Source of the DNA: Octopus sinensis | Taxonomy: Eukaryota | Direction: 5' to 3' | NCBI RefSeq assembly: GCF_006345805.1 | Contig: NC_043000.1 | Location: 36,518,001-36,582,000 of the forward strand | Length of the DNA: 64,000 nucleotides | In this document: in pieces, positions 23,161 to 36,610 of the stretch | Layout: each line of letters starts with the position of its first letter | How positions within the stretch are numbered: position 1 is the stretch's first letter | Made by a program: the position numbers and the translations under genes | Notes under the pieces: generated by a model | Told to the model about the DNA's origin: nothing | What the model saw: the letters and a program-made list of their open reading frames with translations, nothing else | Database searches by the model: none

Positions 23161-24318
23161 GTGGTTTCAAGCCTCCTTCCAATCCACATGGTTCCGGGTT
23201 CAGTCTCACTGAGTAGCACCATCTAAAAGTGTATTCTGGAATAGCCCCGGGCCGACCAAAGCCTTGTTTGTGGACTTAGTAGACGGAAACTGAAAGAAGC
23301 TCGTCGTATATAAATATGTGTGTGTGTGTGTGTTCCACCACCGCTTGACAACCGGTGTTGGTGCGTTTACTTCCTGTGTTACATCTGCAAGATTCTTCAA
23401 GGAGGTGCCCCAGCATGGCCGCTGTCTAATTACTGAAACAAGTAAGTTTCGCTGTGGTTGAACAGTCAATGAAAAGAATTTACTTTAGATAGATATTACT
23501 GAAGTAGAAGCAGTTTACAATTCCAGAGAATTTCAGATTTCTGGATTATGGCAATGTTTTGTGGCAGCTTCTATTAATGGAGGTGTTAGAGGAGCAGGTG
23601 CAGGGATCCTAGTTCTAAACAGGGTTCAGGAGATTGGTGAGAACAAGGAAAGTATTTATTCTAAGATCAGAAACCTGGCGCGGACTACAGAAAAGACGAC
23701 CCACCACCAGGCTGTGTTAAACACGATGAGTGATTATTATTGCCACCTAATCAGAAATGTTCCCCGGAAAGGCTTCCACACAGTTTTCTTTCAATAAGAT
23801 TTTGTTTGGCCAGAGTATATGATAGAAAGCACTTAAAGTGTCGGGTCATAGATTCGAACTGCAAACCACTTCATTTGGAAGCAAGCCGGAGATAATACCT
23901 ACGTCTCTCGTTCGAAGTCAATTAATGTTGATGTCAGAAAGAAACGTTAGATCAGTTAAACGTTTGTCAACTTTACAATGTTTTACTAATTCCAGAGCAA
24001 ATCTCGTTGTTTTGATTACAAAAGATCTCGAGCTCTGATGATTATGGAGATCTAAAGTTTGACATCCTGCGATAATATTCAGTGTTGAGTCGTGAGATTT
24101 ATTGATTTAAAAACAGGACTGTATTTGTGTAAAATATCTGTCAAGTCGTCGATTGATCTAAAGATCCGCAATTTCCCGCCAATATTTCAAACTGCTTTGA
24201 TATACACACCGCCTGAGTCTATGGCATGTAACGAGTTGTATCAAATGGTTTTGTTTGAAATGTATTCCCCACTGAAAAGTTGAGTGTGTGTAGTTATATA
24301 TGAATAGATATATAAACA

Positions 24319-24349
<31 letters not shown>

Positions 24350-24420
24350 ACAGGGCAAGCCAAAAATCATGTACAATATACATGAATAAAATAAATAAAA
24401 TGAATACACTCGTGCTTGTA

Positions 24421-25244
24421 CGTGTTCTGATCAATAATTATCCGGATTGCTGCTGTAGTAACGAAGCTAAAGCACACAGAGTAAAGCCGCTTGGCGAATA
24501 TTGACCTTGAACTCTGCTATGCATGTGCACTAAATTTAAACGTTCTATCCCACTTCAGCTGTTTGTAGTAGGGCTTGGAAGGAAGGTGTGTAGCGTGTGA
24601 TCATCGCATTAACCATGACAGAGAAAGTTGAGCGGAGAATCTGCATCAAATTTTGCTAGAAGCCTACGCGAAGTTCTCAAAAATGTTTTCATCGTTCTCG
24701 ACACAATCAAATAGATCTTGTGCAACTGAAACCCGAGTGTCTTTTTGGTCAGCTGGAAGCTGTTTTGGAACAGACTTAGCAGACACGCGTCTCATACCCA
24801 AATCTTCAGTGATAATGGGCTGAGTTAATTACTCTACTCATCTTCTGATAACCACAGATGGTAATTCAACGATTTACCCTCACAGCTGCACACACATCTG
24901 CGATGTTATTCTCTGTTCTGCTGGTTCCGGGTCTGCCAGAACGTTCGTCACTATTGACATTTTTTCGGCCATCTTAGAAACGTCTGAACCACTCCAACAC
25001 TTTCTTGCGGCACATGTACTCCTCTCCATACACCTTCTGCAACTTTGCGTAAACCTCTGAGTTTTCTTTGCCATGGTTAATGCGAAATCACACGTTGCTC
25101 ACCATCTTTCCAAGCATTACTCTAACTGGCGGATGTTAAAACTTAGTGCGCATGCGCAATAGAGGTCAAGGTCAATCTTTCCCAAGCAGCTTCACTCTGC
25201 AAGCTTCAGCTTTGTTACAGTCCGGATACTTATTGCTTTGACCG
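24421..25244. mobile_element. Mariner derivative made of two 5' ends in inverted orientation
   Basis: 24421-~24640 is a diverged reverse complement of ~25070-25244, and both arms contain CATTAACCATG starts. The + arm reads MTEKVERRICIKFC; the - arm encodes a decayed transposase N-terminus (..DERSGRP..DLGMRRVSAKSVPK). TA flanks both ends. Confidence 0.8.
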
Positions 25245-25614
25245 TATATGATGACCAGAATGCATAACAATAATAATTACGTAAAAATTCACATGTTTTG
25301 GTGCTTAACTTTTGGCTACACACACATACACACATATAATTAATCTTTACCTCTCGAGGAAATGTCATAATTACCAAATGTCAATTAAAATAAGCTCCTC
25401 ATAAGAAGTGAGTGAGAAAGAGACAATCTCAGGAATTAACAATACTCCAAATCTGGTATGCTCTTAAGGAAAAGAAAAGATTTCTTTCTTGGAGAGATGT
25501 GGACTATGGCAGATACTTGTTTCGGGCTCAATAACCGTCTTCAGCACGACAATTGTCAGACTTTAATATGCAGGAGACAAAGAAGTTGGAATTGTGTAAA
25601 AAGAGGGTAGAAAC

Positions 25615-25721
<107 letters not shown>

Positions 25722-25814
25722 TTCACATTTTGGCACAAGACCAGCAAGTTCGGGGAAGGGAGTTAGTCGATTACAGCGACTCTCGTGCTCAATTGGTATT
25801 TATTTCATCGACCC

Positions 25815-26770
25815 CGAAAAGCCTTGGGAACAGGTTCGAACTCTGATGTAACATATCTTGACTTCAGTAAAGCGTTCGACAGGGTTGACCATAAATTCTT
25901 ACCCTCAAAACTGGCAACTGCTGGAATCCGTGGAAAACATCTACACTGGATTACGTATTTCCTGGAGAATAGAACACAAAGAGTTGTGCTCGAGGAAGTC
26001 CACTCAAGCCCAGCAAAAGTCACCAGTGGTGTCCCTCAGAGCACTGTCTTGGGCCTGCTTCTCTTTATAATGACCTTTCCAGCGTCGTAAATCACTGCAA
26101 AGTGAAAATATTTGCTGATGACACTAAGCTCCAGCAAATCATCAATGAAGAAGAAGACCGAACTTCACTCCAGTCTGATCTATATGCTGTCAGTCAATGT
26201 GCAGACAAGAACAAAATGCAACTGAACGAGGGAAAATTTGAGCTGATGCATTTTGGAAGAAAGACTATAATAAAACAGCCATACTCTCATCCTTCAGGGG
26301 AATCGCTCACAGCATCTAGTAATATCAGAGACCTGGGTGTAATTGTTGATAACAATCTCAGTTGGAGTACCCACATCAACAATAAGATCGATATAGCTCA
26401 TAGGATGAGCTCCTGGATCTTAAGAACCTTCAGGTCCATAGAACAAGATGTCATCATTCCACTTCTCTCCTCCTCACTGCTGCCCCTTCTAGTCTACCCG
26501 TACAAAACAAAACATCTTGAGGATTGAATCACCCCAGAGGGCACTCACTAAACGAATTGAAGGCACGAATGATCTCGATTACTGGGGCCGCCTTAAAGCC
26601 TTGAAACTCTACTCTCCCCAGCGCCGCCGCAAGCGGTACATTATTTGTACGATATGGAGAATATACAGCCAACATTTCCCAAACGACCTGAACATTAGTT
26701 TCAAGGTTCATCAAAGAATGGGACCACGGGCCATACGTCCCCTGCCCAATTCATGATCACAACATATAGG
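25815..26770 (+). mobile_element. CR1-like LINE RT fragment, decayed
   Basis: YLDFSKAFDRVDH, SGVPQSTVLG, KIFADDTKL and IRDLGVIVDNNL motifs; related to the element at 29786-34390. Confidence 0.92.
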
Positions 26771-26870
26771 TATACTGGGACATAATTTTTTTTTCTCAAC
26801 AGGCCCTGCCCTGTTTGGCTGACGGTTAGTAAGGAGAGACACAAACAAATAAGAAAGAAGAAAACAAAGG

Positions 26871-26913
26871 ACCACTGATGCGGTCACAGCAGTGTGACGA
26901 AAGAACTCTGGCC
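26871..26913 (+). ncRNA. Degenerate minimal hammerhead-like motif (third sequence family)
   Basis: CCA-CUGAUGC-G-GUCACA-gcag-UGUGAC-GAAA-G-aa-CUC-UGG. Helix II has 6 bp and helix I only 3 bp; core A9 is C. Confidence 0.35.
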
Positions 26914-27059
26914 GAAATAAGATTAAGAAGCAAAATAACACCAAATATATAGTGCGTGTGTTTTTATTGGCTAAACTATCCATATGACCATTCCGAAATA
27001 TAACAATATCTGTTTCAACACACGACTTCACATAAAAAATCTTGCACAACAAATATTTA

Positions 27060-27195
27060 AACGTATATATATATGTATATATATATATATATGTATGTAT
27101 ATGTATCTGTATAGATGTATGTATATGTATCTGTATATATGTATGTATATGTATCTGTATATATGTATGTATATGTATCTATATATATATGTATG

Positions 27196-27262
<67 letters not shown>

Positions 27263-28181
27263 ATGTATGTATCTCTATATATATGTATGTATATGTATGT
27301 ATCTCTATATATATGTATGTATATGTATGTATCTCTATATATATGTATGTATATGTATGTATCTCTATATATATGTATGTATATGTATGTATCTCTATAT
27401 ATGTATGTATATGTATGTATCTCTATATATATGTATGTATATGTATGTATCTCTATATATATGTATGTATATGTATGTATCTCTATATATATGTATGTAT
27501 ATGTATGTATCTCTATATATATGTATGTATATGTATGTATCTCTATATATATGTATGTATATATATACATACATATATGTATATATGTATGTATGTATAT
27601 ATGTATGTATATATGTATGTATATATGTATGTATATATGTATGTATATATATATGTATATATATGTATATATATGTATATATATGTATATATATATGTAT
27701 ATAATGTATATTATATATGTATATATATGTTATATATATGTATATATATGTGTATATATATGTATATATATATGTATGTATATATATATGTATATATAAT
27801 ATGTAGTATATATATATGTAATATATATGTATATATATATATGTATATATATATGTATATATATATGTATATATATATATGTATATATATATATGTATAT
27901 ATATATGTATATATATATGTATATATATATATGTATATATATATGTATATATATATATGTATTATATATGTATAATATATGTATATATATATGTATATAT
28001 ATATGTAGTATATATATATGTATATATATATGTATGTATATATGTATGTATATATATATGTATATATATATGTATGTATATATATATGTATTATATATAG
28101 TATGTATATATATATGTATGTATATATATATGTATATATATATATATATGTATGTATTATATATTATATATATATATATGG

Positions 28182-28214
<33 letters not shown>

Positions 28215-28286
28215 ATATATATATATGTATATATGATATGTATATATATATATATGTATATATATATAATGTATATATTATATATG

Positions 28287-28333
<47 letters not shown>

Positions 28334-28476
28334 GTATATATATATATGTATATATATATATATGTATATATATATATTGTATATATATATGTATATATAT
28401 ATGTATATATATATGTATATATTATGTATGTATATAATGTATATAATATTATGTATATATGTAGTATATATGTATG

Positions 28477-28508
<32 letters not shown>

Positions 28509-28825
28509 TATATATGTATGTAATGTATGTATGTATGTATGTATATATGTATATATGTATGTTATATGTATGTATATATGTATGTATATATGTATGTATA
28601 TATGTATGTATATATGTATGTATATATATATATATATATGTATGTATATATGTATGTATATATATATATATATATGTATGTATATATGTATGTATATATG
28701 TATATATGTATGTATATATGTATATATGTATGTATATATGTATGTATATATGTATATTATATGTATATATATGTATATATATATGTATATATATATATAT
28801 GTATATATACGTATGTATATATGTA

Positions 28826-28859
<34 letters not shown>

Positions 28860-29785
28860 TGTATGTATGTATATATATATGTATGTATGTATGTATATAT
28901 ATATGTATGTATGTATGTATATATATATATATATGTGTATATGTACCTATGTGTATATGTACCTATGTGTATATGTACCTATGTGTATATGTACCTATGT
29001 GTATATGTACCTATGTGTATATGTACCCATGTGTATATGTACATGTACCTATGTGTATATGTACCCATGTGTATATGTACATGTACCCATGTGTATATGT
29101 ACATGTACCCATGTGTACATGTACCCATGTGTACATGTACCCATGTGTACATGTACCCATGCGTACATGTACCCATGTGTACATGTACCCATCTATAGCT
29201 ATACGTACCCATATATATGTGTATATGTATATGTACCTATCTATATCTATACGTACCTATATATATGTGTATATGTATATGTACCTATCTATATCTATAC
29301 GTACCTATATATATGTGTATATGTATATGTACCTATCTATACGTATATATGTACATATCTATACGTATATATGTACATATCTATACGTATATATGTGCAT
29401 ATCTATACGTATATATGTACATATCTATACGTATATATGTACATATCTATACGTATATATGTACATATCTATACGTATATATGTACATATCTATACGTAT
29501 ATATGTACATATCTATACGTATATATGTACATATCTATACGTATATATGTACATATCTATACGTATATATGTACATATCTATACGTATATATGTACATAT
29601 CTATACGTATATATGTACATATCTATACGTATATATGTACATATCTATACGTATATATACGTATATATGTACATATCTATACATATATATAGTGGATTAA
29701 CTGTTGAACTGGACGTATATATGTACATATATGTACATATCTATACGTATTATACGTTATATGTACATATCTATACATATATATA
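27060..29785. repeat. ~2.7-kb AT-rich micro/minisatellite complex ((TA)n, (TATG)n, 16-30-bp higher-order units, 22-bp ATATATGTACATATCTATACGT array)
   Basis: Direct reading; it is the source of the Y/I/C/M-rich artefactual ORFs. Confidence 0.97.
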
Positions 29786-32700
29786 GTGGATTAACTGTTG
29801 AACTGGACGGACGTCTATTTGTTTCTCTCCCGAGTCAGTAGCAAGCTACACAGCTTCAAAACTAACTGACCTTAAATATATATATTTGTAACCACGTGTT
29901 TGCCTACAAACCCGTAAGTACGTTTCATTTAACTACAAATTGTTATATACACTGTTTTTTTTAATATCCTCAAACAACCAAATAATCAAAAACTCACACC
30001 TTAAGAGAGAACATTTATATATATATACACTTCTTTAACTCCCAAGAAAGAATATATATATTTCAAAAATCAAAAGGAAAACAAACAAAAAGAAAAACAA
30101 ACATGACTAACTTGCAGGCCTGCAACAGACGAAATTGGTCTGATAACGAAATTGATGTTTTAATAAACACATGGCTCTCTCTTCCCAAACAGAAAATCTA
30201 AATGTTGTGTTTGAATGAGATTGCCGAAAAAAACATCACAAGTGGTCAACACACGATCCGTCAAACAGATTCGTAGCAAGTTGAAACATATCGAAGTATC
30301 TTTCAAACTGATAAGAGGCCATTATGAAAAGCTTCTACATATTTTCACAGTTCAAGAACAACAACAGCTAGAAAATCAGCAGCCACAACAACAACAAACA
30401 ACAGAATGAGCCACTCCTGGTTCCCAGCACAATGGCTGACCCTGACATCGGTCAGGCACAACAACAACAACAACAGCCACAGCAACAAGAACAACAACAG
30501 CCACTCCTCAACTCTAACTTACTAGACGATTCACTAAATGCCAGTATCTTTTCACCGCTCTCACAGCAACCACCACAATTTCATCATCATCATCACCACC
30601 GCTGCCACCATCGTCTTCTATCACCAAAAATACCAACAGAAAACCAAATAAGAAACCACTGCCCTCTTCCCCCACATCACCACCTCAATACTACTGCAGT
30701 AACAAAAACTTAAAGAAACATAGGAAGCAGAATGCGCCCCCCACGGCACAAACAAGAAATCCCCAATATGCCGCTATTCACTGCGCCAGAGACTGCACAA
30801 ATAGTGACTGCATCTTCACGCATCTACCCGGCACTAGACGCACTACCGGCCAAGGCCAAAGCACGCATCCCACAATAACATCAACACCACCAAATAGTAA
30901 ATCGAAATTCAAAACACACACAACTCGGAGTCCCAACGTGAGCGAACATGTCTACTGAGTGACTGTCCCTTCACTCATCTTCCAGGGACCCGACGCACAA
31001 ACAGAAACGGGGCCTCAAGCCAACACACAAACCTGAATAACAATAAAAATAGAAACACACCATGCTGCAGTAATGCTGGTCCAGTCTTTTCAGGAAGACA
31101 CAAAAACAACAACAACAAAAGTGGAAACTACAACCCTATCCAACAGTGCAACCACACCTCCAGCCAAAAACTGCTCCCTAAGCAGGAAAATTCTTTTTAG
31201 CCATGTTGAACATGGCAAAAGAGATACAAAAAACATTCTAGCCATCACTCAACACCATCCTATGCTATTACCCCAGTGCACCAATTCCCCACATTGCTGC
31301 CACTAACACACACAAAAAATCCAAGCCCCCTGCAACAGTCAAAACCAGCCACTACACTAACCTCCACATTCCTACTCAATGCACAAGGTGTCAGCCCTTC
31401 CATCAATGCACAAAAATGGAAGGTCCAATTCATTGAAGACTGGGTTGGTAACCATTCACACCACATCCCTTTCTTCTCTCACTGAGACCCACCTTGACAA
31501 CTCCCACTTGGAAGCCGAAGTGAGAGTGAAGAATTTCACAACCATCCGCGCGGATCGTATCGGCAGGAGGAAGGGTGGAACTGCCATTTTCCTGCATGAT
31601 TCATTTACGGCAGATGGAAATAGTATATTCTCCAACGGCTACTGTGAATCAGTCACCGTGCACAACAAAGCCAATGACCTGACACAGTAATTGGGCTCTA
31701 TAGGCCGCCCCAAACACCCATACTGTGCTTTAAAGAATGCCTCAACAGCATTAAGTGCTTTATTCAACAGTGCCATTCTAGCAACATACTCATGATGGGA
31801 GACTTCAATCTACCCTGTGTTGACTGGACTACAAACTGTTTGAAACCAAGCACTCCCGCCTCAACCGCTGACAAAGAAGCAGCAGAGTCACTTTTCGACT
31901 TTACGAATGAGTTTTTCTTGTCCCAACTTGTCCTTGCACCAACAAGACATCAGAACATTTTGGACCTAGTGTTTAGTAACCACACTAACACTATACATAA
32001 CGTTACAGTGGAAAAAACCCTTCTTTCAGACCATGACATGGTTCTCTGTAACATGAAATTCCACCAGCCGAAAGCTAATCCTAGTGACCTTCCTCCAGCC
32101 CACCCATTTGACAACATGGATCTCCATAAAGCCAACTGGGATGCAATCAGGAACGAGCTATCAAATGTTGACTGGTCCTTTACACATACACACATCTCCA
32201 CCAACCATAAAACATCTTGGCAGATCTTTGTAGACACCGTCACAGACATATGTGCAAAACACTCCCCACCAAGACCTGTGAACAAAAGTGCAGAATCCCC
32301 CAAAACAGAAAACCATTATCAGAAAAATAAAAAGAACAAACAAAAAAATTAACAAACTAAAGTACTGCCAACAGCAACACACACATTCGACGGCTATCGC
32401 ACTGCTTGAATCCAAAAAATATAACCTCCAACAATGCATGAAGACCCTCATCAATAACCAAAGATCAGCTGAGGAGAAGTGGGCCATTGAAAAAATCAAA
32501 CTCAACCCCAAAGTGTTCTTTTCATTTGCGAGGAAACGCAGGGTCACTGTCTCCACTGTAGGCCCTCTAATTGACGAAACTGGCACTCTCCAAGATAATG
32601 CCAAATCCATGGCCGAGATACTGCAGAAACAATACTGCTCTGTTTTCAGCAATCCTGATATGGCCGATCTGGGCTGTATCAGTGATGTCACCCCCAACAC

Positions 32701-34390
32701 ACTATATCGGACATAACGTTTAGTGCCCTGATGTCTTAGCGGCGATAAACGAAATAAAACACAATTCAGCAGTAGGCCCCGATAGGTTCCCTGCTTGTGT
32801 CCTGAAGGTGTGTCGACACCAACTTGCATCCCCTTGCTAATCTGTGGAGAAACTCACTGGATGCTGGCTATATTCCAAAAAACCTTCTGTCCCAGTCTGT
32901 TGTCCCAGTTTTCAAAAAGGGAAACAAGTCCTTGCAGTGAATTACCGTCCGATCTCACTCACCTCTCATATCATCAAGGTATTTGAGAGGGTGGTGAGAT
33001 CTCAAATAACCCAATTTCTGGAAAGCAACAGACGGCTGATCTCCAACCAACATGGGTTCCGTAATGGAAGGGACTGCCTAACGCAGCTCCTGCATCACTT
33101 TGAGGACATTTTGAGAGCTTTGGGAGAGGGCTCCAACACCGATGTCATCTACCTTGATTTCAGTAAGGCCTTCGACAGGGTCGATCACAAGATCCTATTG
33201 AAAAAACTATCCAACATTGGTGTCTCTGGAAAGTTACTGAAATGGATTAAGTGTTCCTGACAGACAGATCTCAACATGTTGTAGTTGAAGGGTAAAATCA
33301 AGCCCAGCCAAAGTCAGTAGTGGCGTTCCGCAAGGCACTGTGCTGGGCCCACTTCTTTTCATCATTTACATTAATGACATTAATGACATCATCAAGCACA
33401 GCAACATAAAAATCTTTGCAGATGACTCCAAGCTACAGAAGGTCATAAATGAGGCGAGTGACCGGACATGCCTTCAGTCAGATCTACTGGCTGTTATCCA
33501 ATGGGCAGAAAAAAACAATATGCTGCTGAACGAGGATAAATTTGAGCTAATCCACTTTGGAAAAGAGGATGCCCTGAAACTCCCATACTCCCTTCCTTCA
33601 GGTGAAACTCTCGCGGCGTCCAACAACATCAGAGACTTGGGAGTAATTGTGGACAACAACGTAAGCTGGGCACTCATATAAACACCAAAGTTGACATGGC
33701 CCGCAGAATGTGTTCCTGGATTCTCAGAACTTTCCAGTCGAGAGATATCCACACCATTATCCTTCTCTTCTCCACCTTTGCCCGACCCCACCTTGAATAC
33801 TGTTGTCCACTGTGGTCTCCCCACACAATACAAGGTATCATAAAAGTCGAAGCACCTCAAAGGGCAATCACAAAAAAGATAGATGGCATGACAGGCCTCG
33901 ACTATTGGGGTCGACTAGAAAAGCTAAAACTCTATTCTCTCCAACGTCGTCGTGAGCGCTACATCATCTGCATGATGTGGAAAATATTCCATCAGCATTG
34001 CCCAAATGATGTTGGCATCACCTTTAAGGTACATCCAAGGCTTGGGCCCCGTGCCATCCGCCCAAAACAAAAATCGCACTCTCATCTCATAACAACAATA
34101 CGGCACAATTATTTCACCTCAATTGGCCCCGCTCTCTTTAACATTACACCAAAACGCATTAAACAGAAACTGACCCTATAGGGTTCAAGAAGTCTTTGGA
34201 CAGATTCCTTCAAGAAATCCCGGATAAACCCCTACACCCGGATATGTCTCTGTAAACAATAACTCTCTACTTGAGTGGGCCATAGTGCCCAAATTCTGAC
34301 TTGAAAGACTTCACCAGGTGGTGCTATTAAGTTAGACATGGCCTGGGCCAATAATGGCCGAAACCTATCAAAGTATCAAAGTATCAAAGT
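29786..34390 (+). mobile_element. Near full-length CR1-like LINE, decayed (ORF1 remnant, APE endonuclease, RT, (ATCAAAGT)3 tail)
   Basis: Endonuclease motifs LTETHL, RKGGTAIFL, YRPP, GDFNLP (31360-32030). RT motifs NYRPISLTSHIIKVFE, QHGFR, LDFSKAFDRVDH, IFADDSKL. An 8-bp tandem tail at 34367-34390. Confidence 0.93.
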
Positions 34391-34554
34391 ATAGATATGT
34401 ACATATCTATACGTATAGATATGTACATATCTATACGTATAGATATGTACATATCTATACGTATAGATATGTACATATCTATACGTAGATATGTACATAT
34501 CTATACGTATGCATATATATGTATGCATATATATGTATGTATCTATATGTATGC

Positions 34555-34601
<47 letters not shown>

Positions 34602-34760
34602 CATGTATGTATATACATGTATGTATATATATGTATGCATATATATGTATGTATATATATGTATGCATATATATGTATGTATATATATGTATGCATATAT
34701 ATGTATGTATATATATGTGTATATATATGTGTATATATATACATATATATATATATGTAT
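34391..34760. repeat. Palindromic 24-bp minisatellite (ATAGATATGTACATATCTAT+ACGT) grading into (TATG)n
   Basis: The 20-mer and ACGT are each self-complementary, so 34391-34482 is a perfect 92-bp palindrome. Confidence 0.95.
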
Positions 34761-34925
34761 CTCTTTGTCTTTTACGATTCTCTCAACTTCCTCCCTCTCC
34801 CCCTCTCGTGTACAAATTGATGAAAACTAATAGAATTACGTATATTTTTTCCTCTGTATATTATCATCTTATCTTTTAGCAGACTGAGACATTTGAAAGT
34901 AAATAGACTAACAAGTGTATAAATG

Positions 34926-34961
<36 letters not shown>

Positions 34962-35012
34962 CATATATATATATGTATGTATGTATGTGTGTGTGCGCGC
35001 GCACGAGTGTAT

Positions 35013-35061
<49 letters not shown>

Positions 35062-35121
35062 AGTACTTTCGAAGAAAATTGGAAATATGTGTATGCATGC
35101 TTATAGATGTATGTTTGCACG

Positions 35122-35166
<45 letters not shown>

Positions 35167-35634
35167 GCATAGACATACATATACATGCATAAACATTTTC
35201 CCTCATTTTCTTCGAAATCTGACGTCTTAATAACTGTCAAAGACTCGTGGGTTGATTTGTTGTTTTTGTCTCGTTTTTTCTTATGCTTGTCATTTATTTA
35301 TCATCTTTGTTTTTTTTTTCTTGTAGTTGACATTTATTTATTATCCTTGTGTGTGTGTTTTTTCCCCTTTTTTTCTTCACTTTTCTATCAGCTACTACTG
35401 CTATCACCGTCACCTACAACAGCACCACCCGCTGTCATCTTGGGCGTCATTGTCATCATCATCATCATCATCAACGCCGTCGCTGTCGTCGACGTCATCG
35501 CTATCAGCATCATCATCATCGTTGTCGTGCTTTATGAGCGTCATCATTAACTTAAAATAAGACCGATATTTGCATCGTTATCACCACCATCGCTACTAAC
35601 CCCACACCATCATTATCATGATAATTACGATGGC

Positions 35635-36020
35635 ACGCCGGGCAAAATGCTTTGCGGTATTTCGTCTGCCGCTACGTTCTGAGTTCAAATTCCGGCGAGG
35701 TCGACTTTGCCTTTCATCCTTTCGGGGTTGATTAAATAACTACCAGTTACGCACTGGGGTCGGTGTAATCGACTTAATCCGTCTGTTTGTCCTTGCTTGT
35801 CCCCTCTGTGTTTAGCCCCTTCTGGGTAGTAAAGAAATAGGTATTTCGTCTGTCACACGTTCTGAGTTCAAATTTCGCCGAGGTCGACTTTGCCTTTCAT
35901 CCGTTCGGGGTCGATTAAATAAGTACCAGTTATGCACTGGGGTTGATGAAATCGACTTAATCCGTTTGTCTGTCCTTGTTTGTCCTCTCAGTGTTTAGCC
36001 CCTGTAGGTAGTAAAGAAAT
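35635..36020 (+). mobile_element. Tandem family A SINE copies
   Basis: Two successive family A cores with the GTGTTTAGCCCC...GTAGTAAAGAAATAG tail. Confidence 0.85.
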
Positions 36021-36329
36021 AGTTTATCATCATCATTTGCCTCTCGTGCATCTCCTCAGAACCCCTCATAACTCGGCTGCTATTATTGGGTTTTTAGCAG
36101 CTTCTCGCACCTGTCGTTGAGAACCGCTGCGGCACATTGACGTCAACACCCCTGTCCACAACCCTCACTCTCTGCCTCGAATTGTGAAGCAAAACGCAAC
36201 GGTAAAGCCGCATTCATCTGCTTGGAACCGAATATTGTGCGCCTTTCTTTGTTCGGTAAATGGATCCATCGAAATTCTTTCGTTCGTTTCTGTTTCCCTA
36301 CATAACCCTACATAGGCACAGTAGTGGCT

Positions 36330-36610
36330 GTATGACAAGAAGCTTGCTTCCCAACTATATGGTTCCCGGTTCAGTCCCACTGCGTGGCACCTGATATATA
36401 TATATGTTTGTGTGTCTGTCACCCACCTCCATCGCCTGACAATCGATGCTGGTGTGCTTACAGGTCTGTAATCTTGCGATTCGGGAAAAGAAATCGACAG
36501 AATAAGTACTAGGCTTACAAAAAAAGATAAATTCCCGGAGTCGATTTGTTCGACTAAAGGCGGTGCTCCATCATGGCCGCAGTCAAATGACTAAAACAAG
36601 TAAAAGAATA
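36330..36610 (-). mobile_element. Abundant SINE-like repeat (family B)
   Basis: CGACTAAAGGCGGTGCTCCA(G/T)CATGGCCGCAGTCAAATGACT core; also near 11920, 14995, 18305, 52740-52920, 53380 and 57120-57270. Confidence 0.75.

Noticed and set aside
26984-29786. Many long Y/I/C/M/V-rich ORFs (also 34376-35240 and 52190-52802)
   Set aside because: Artefacts of TA/TATG satellites.
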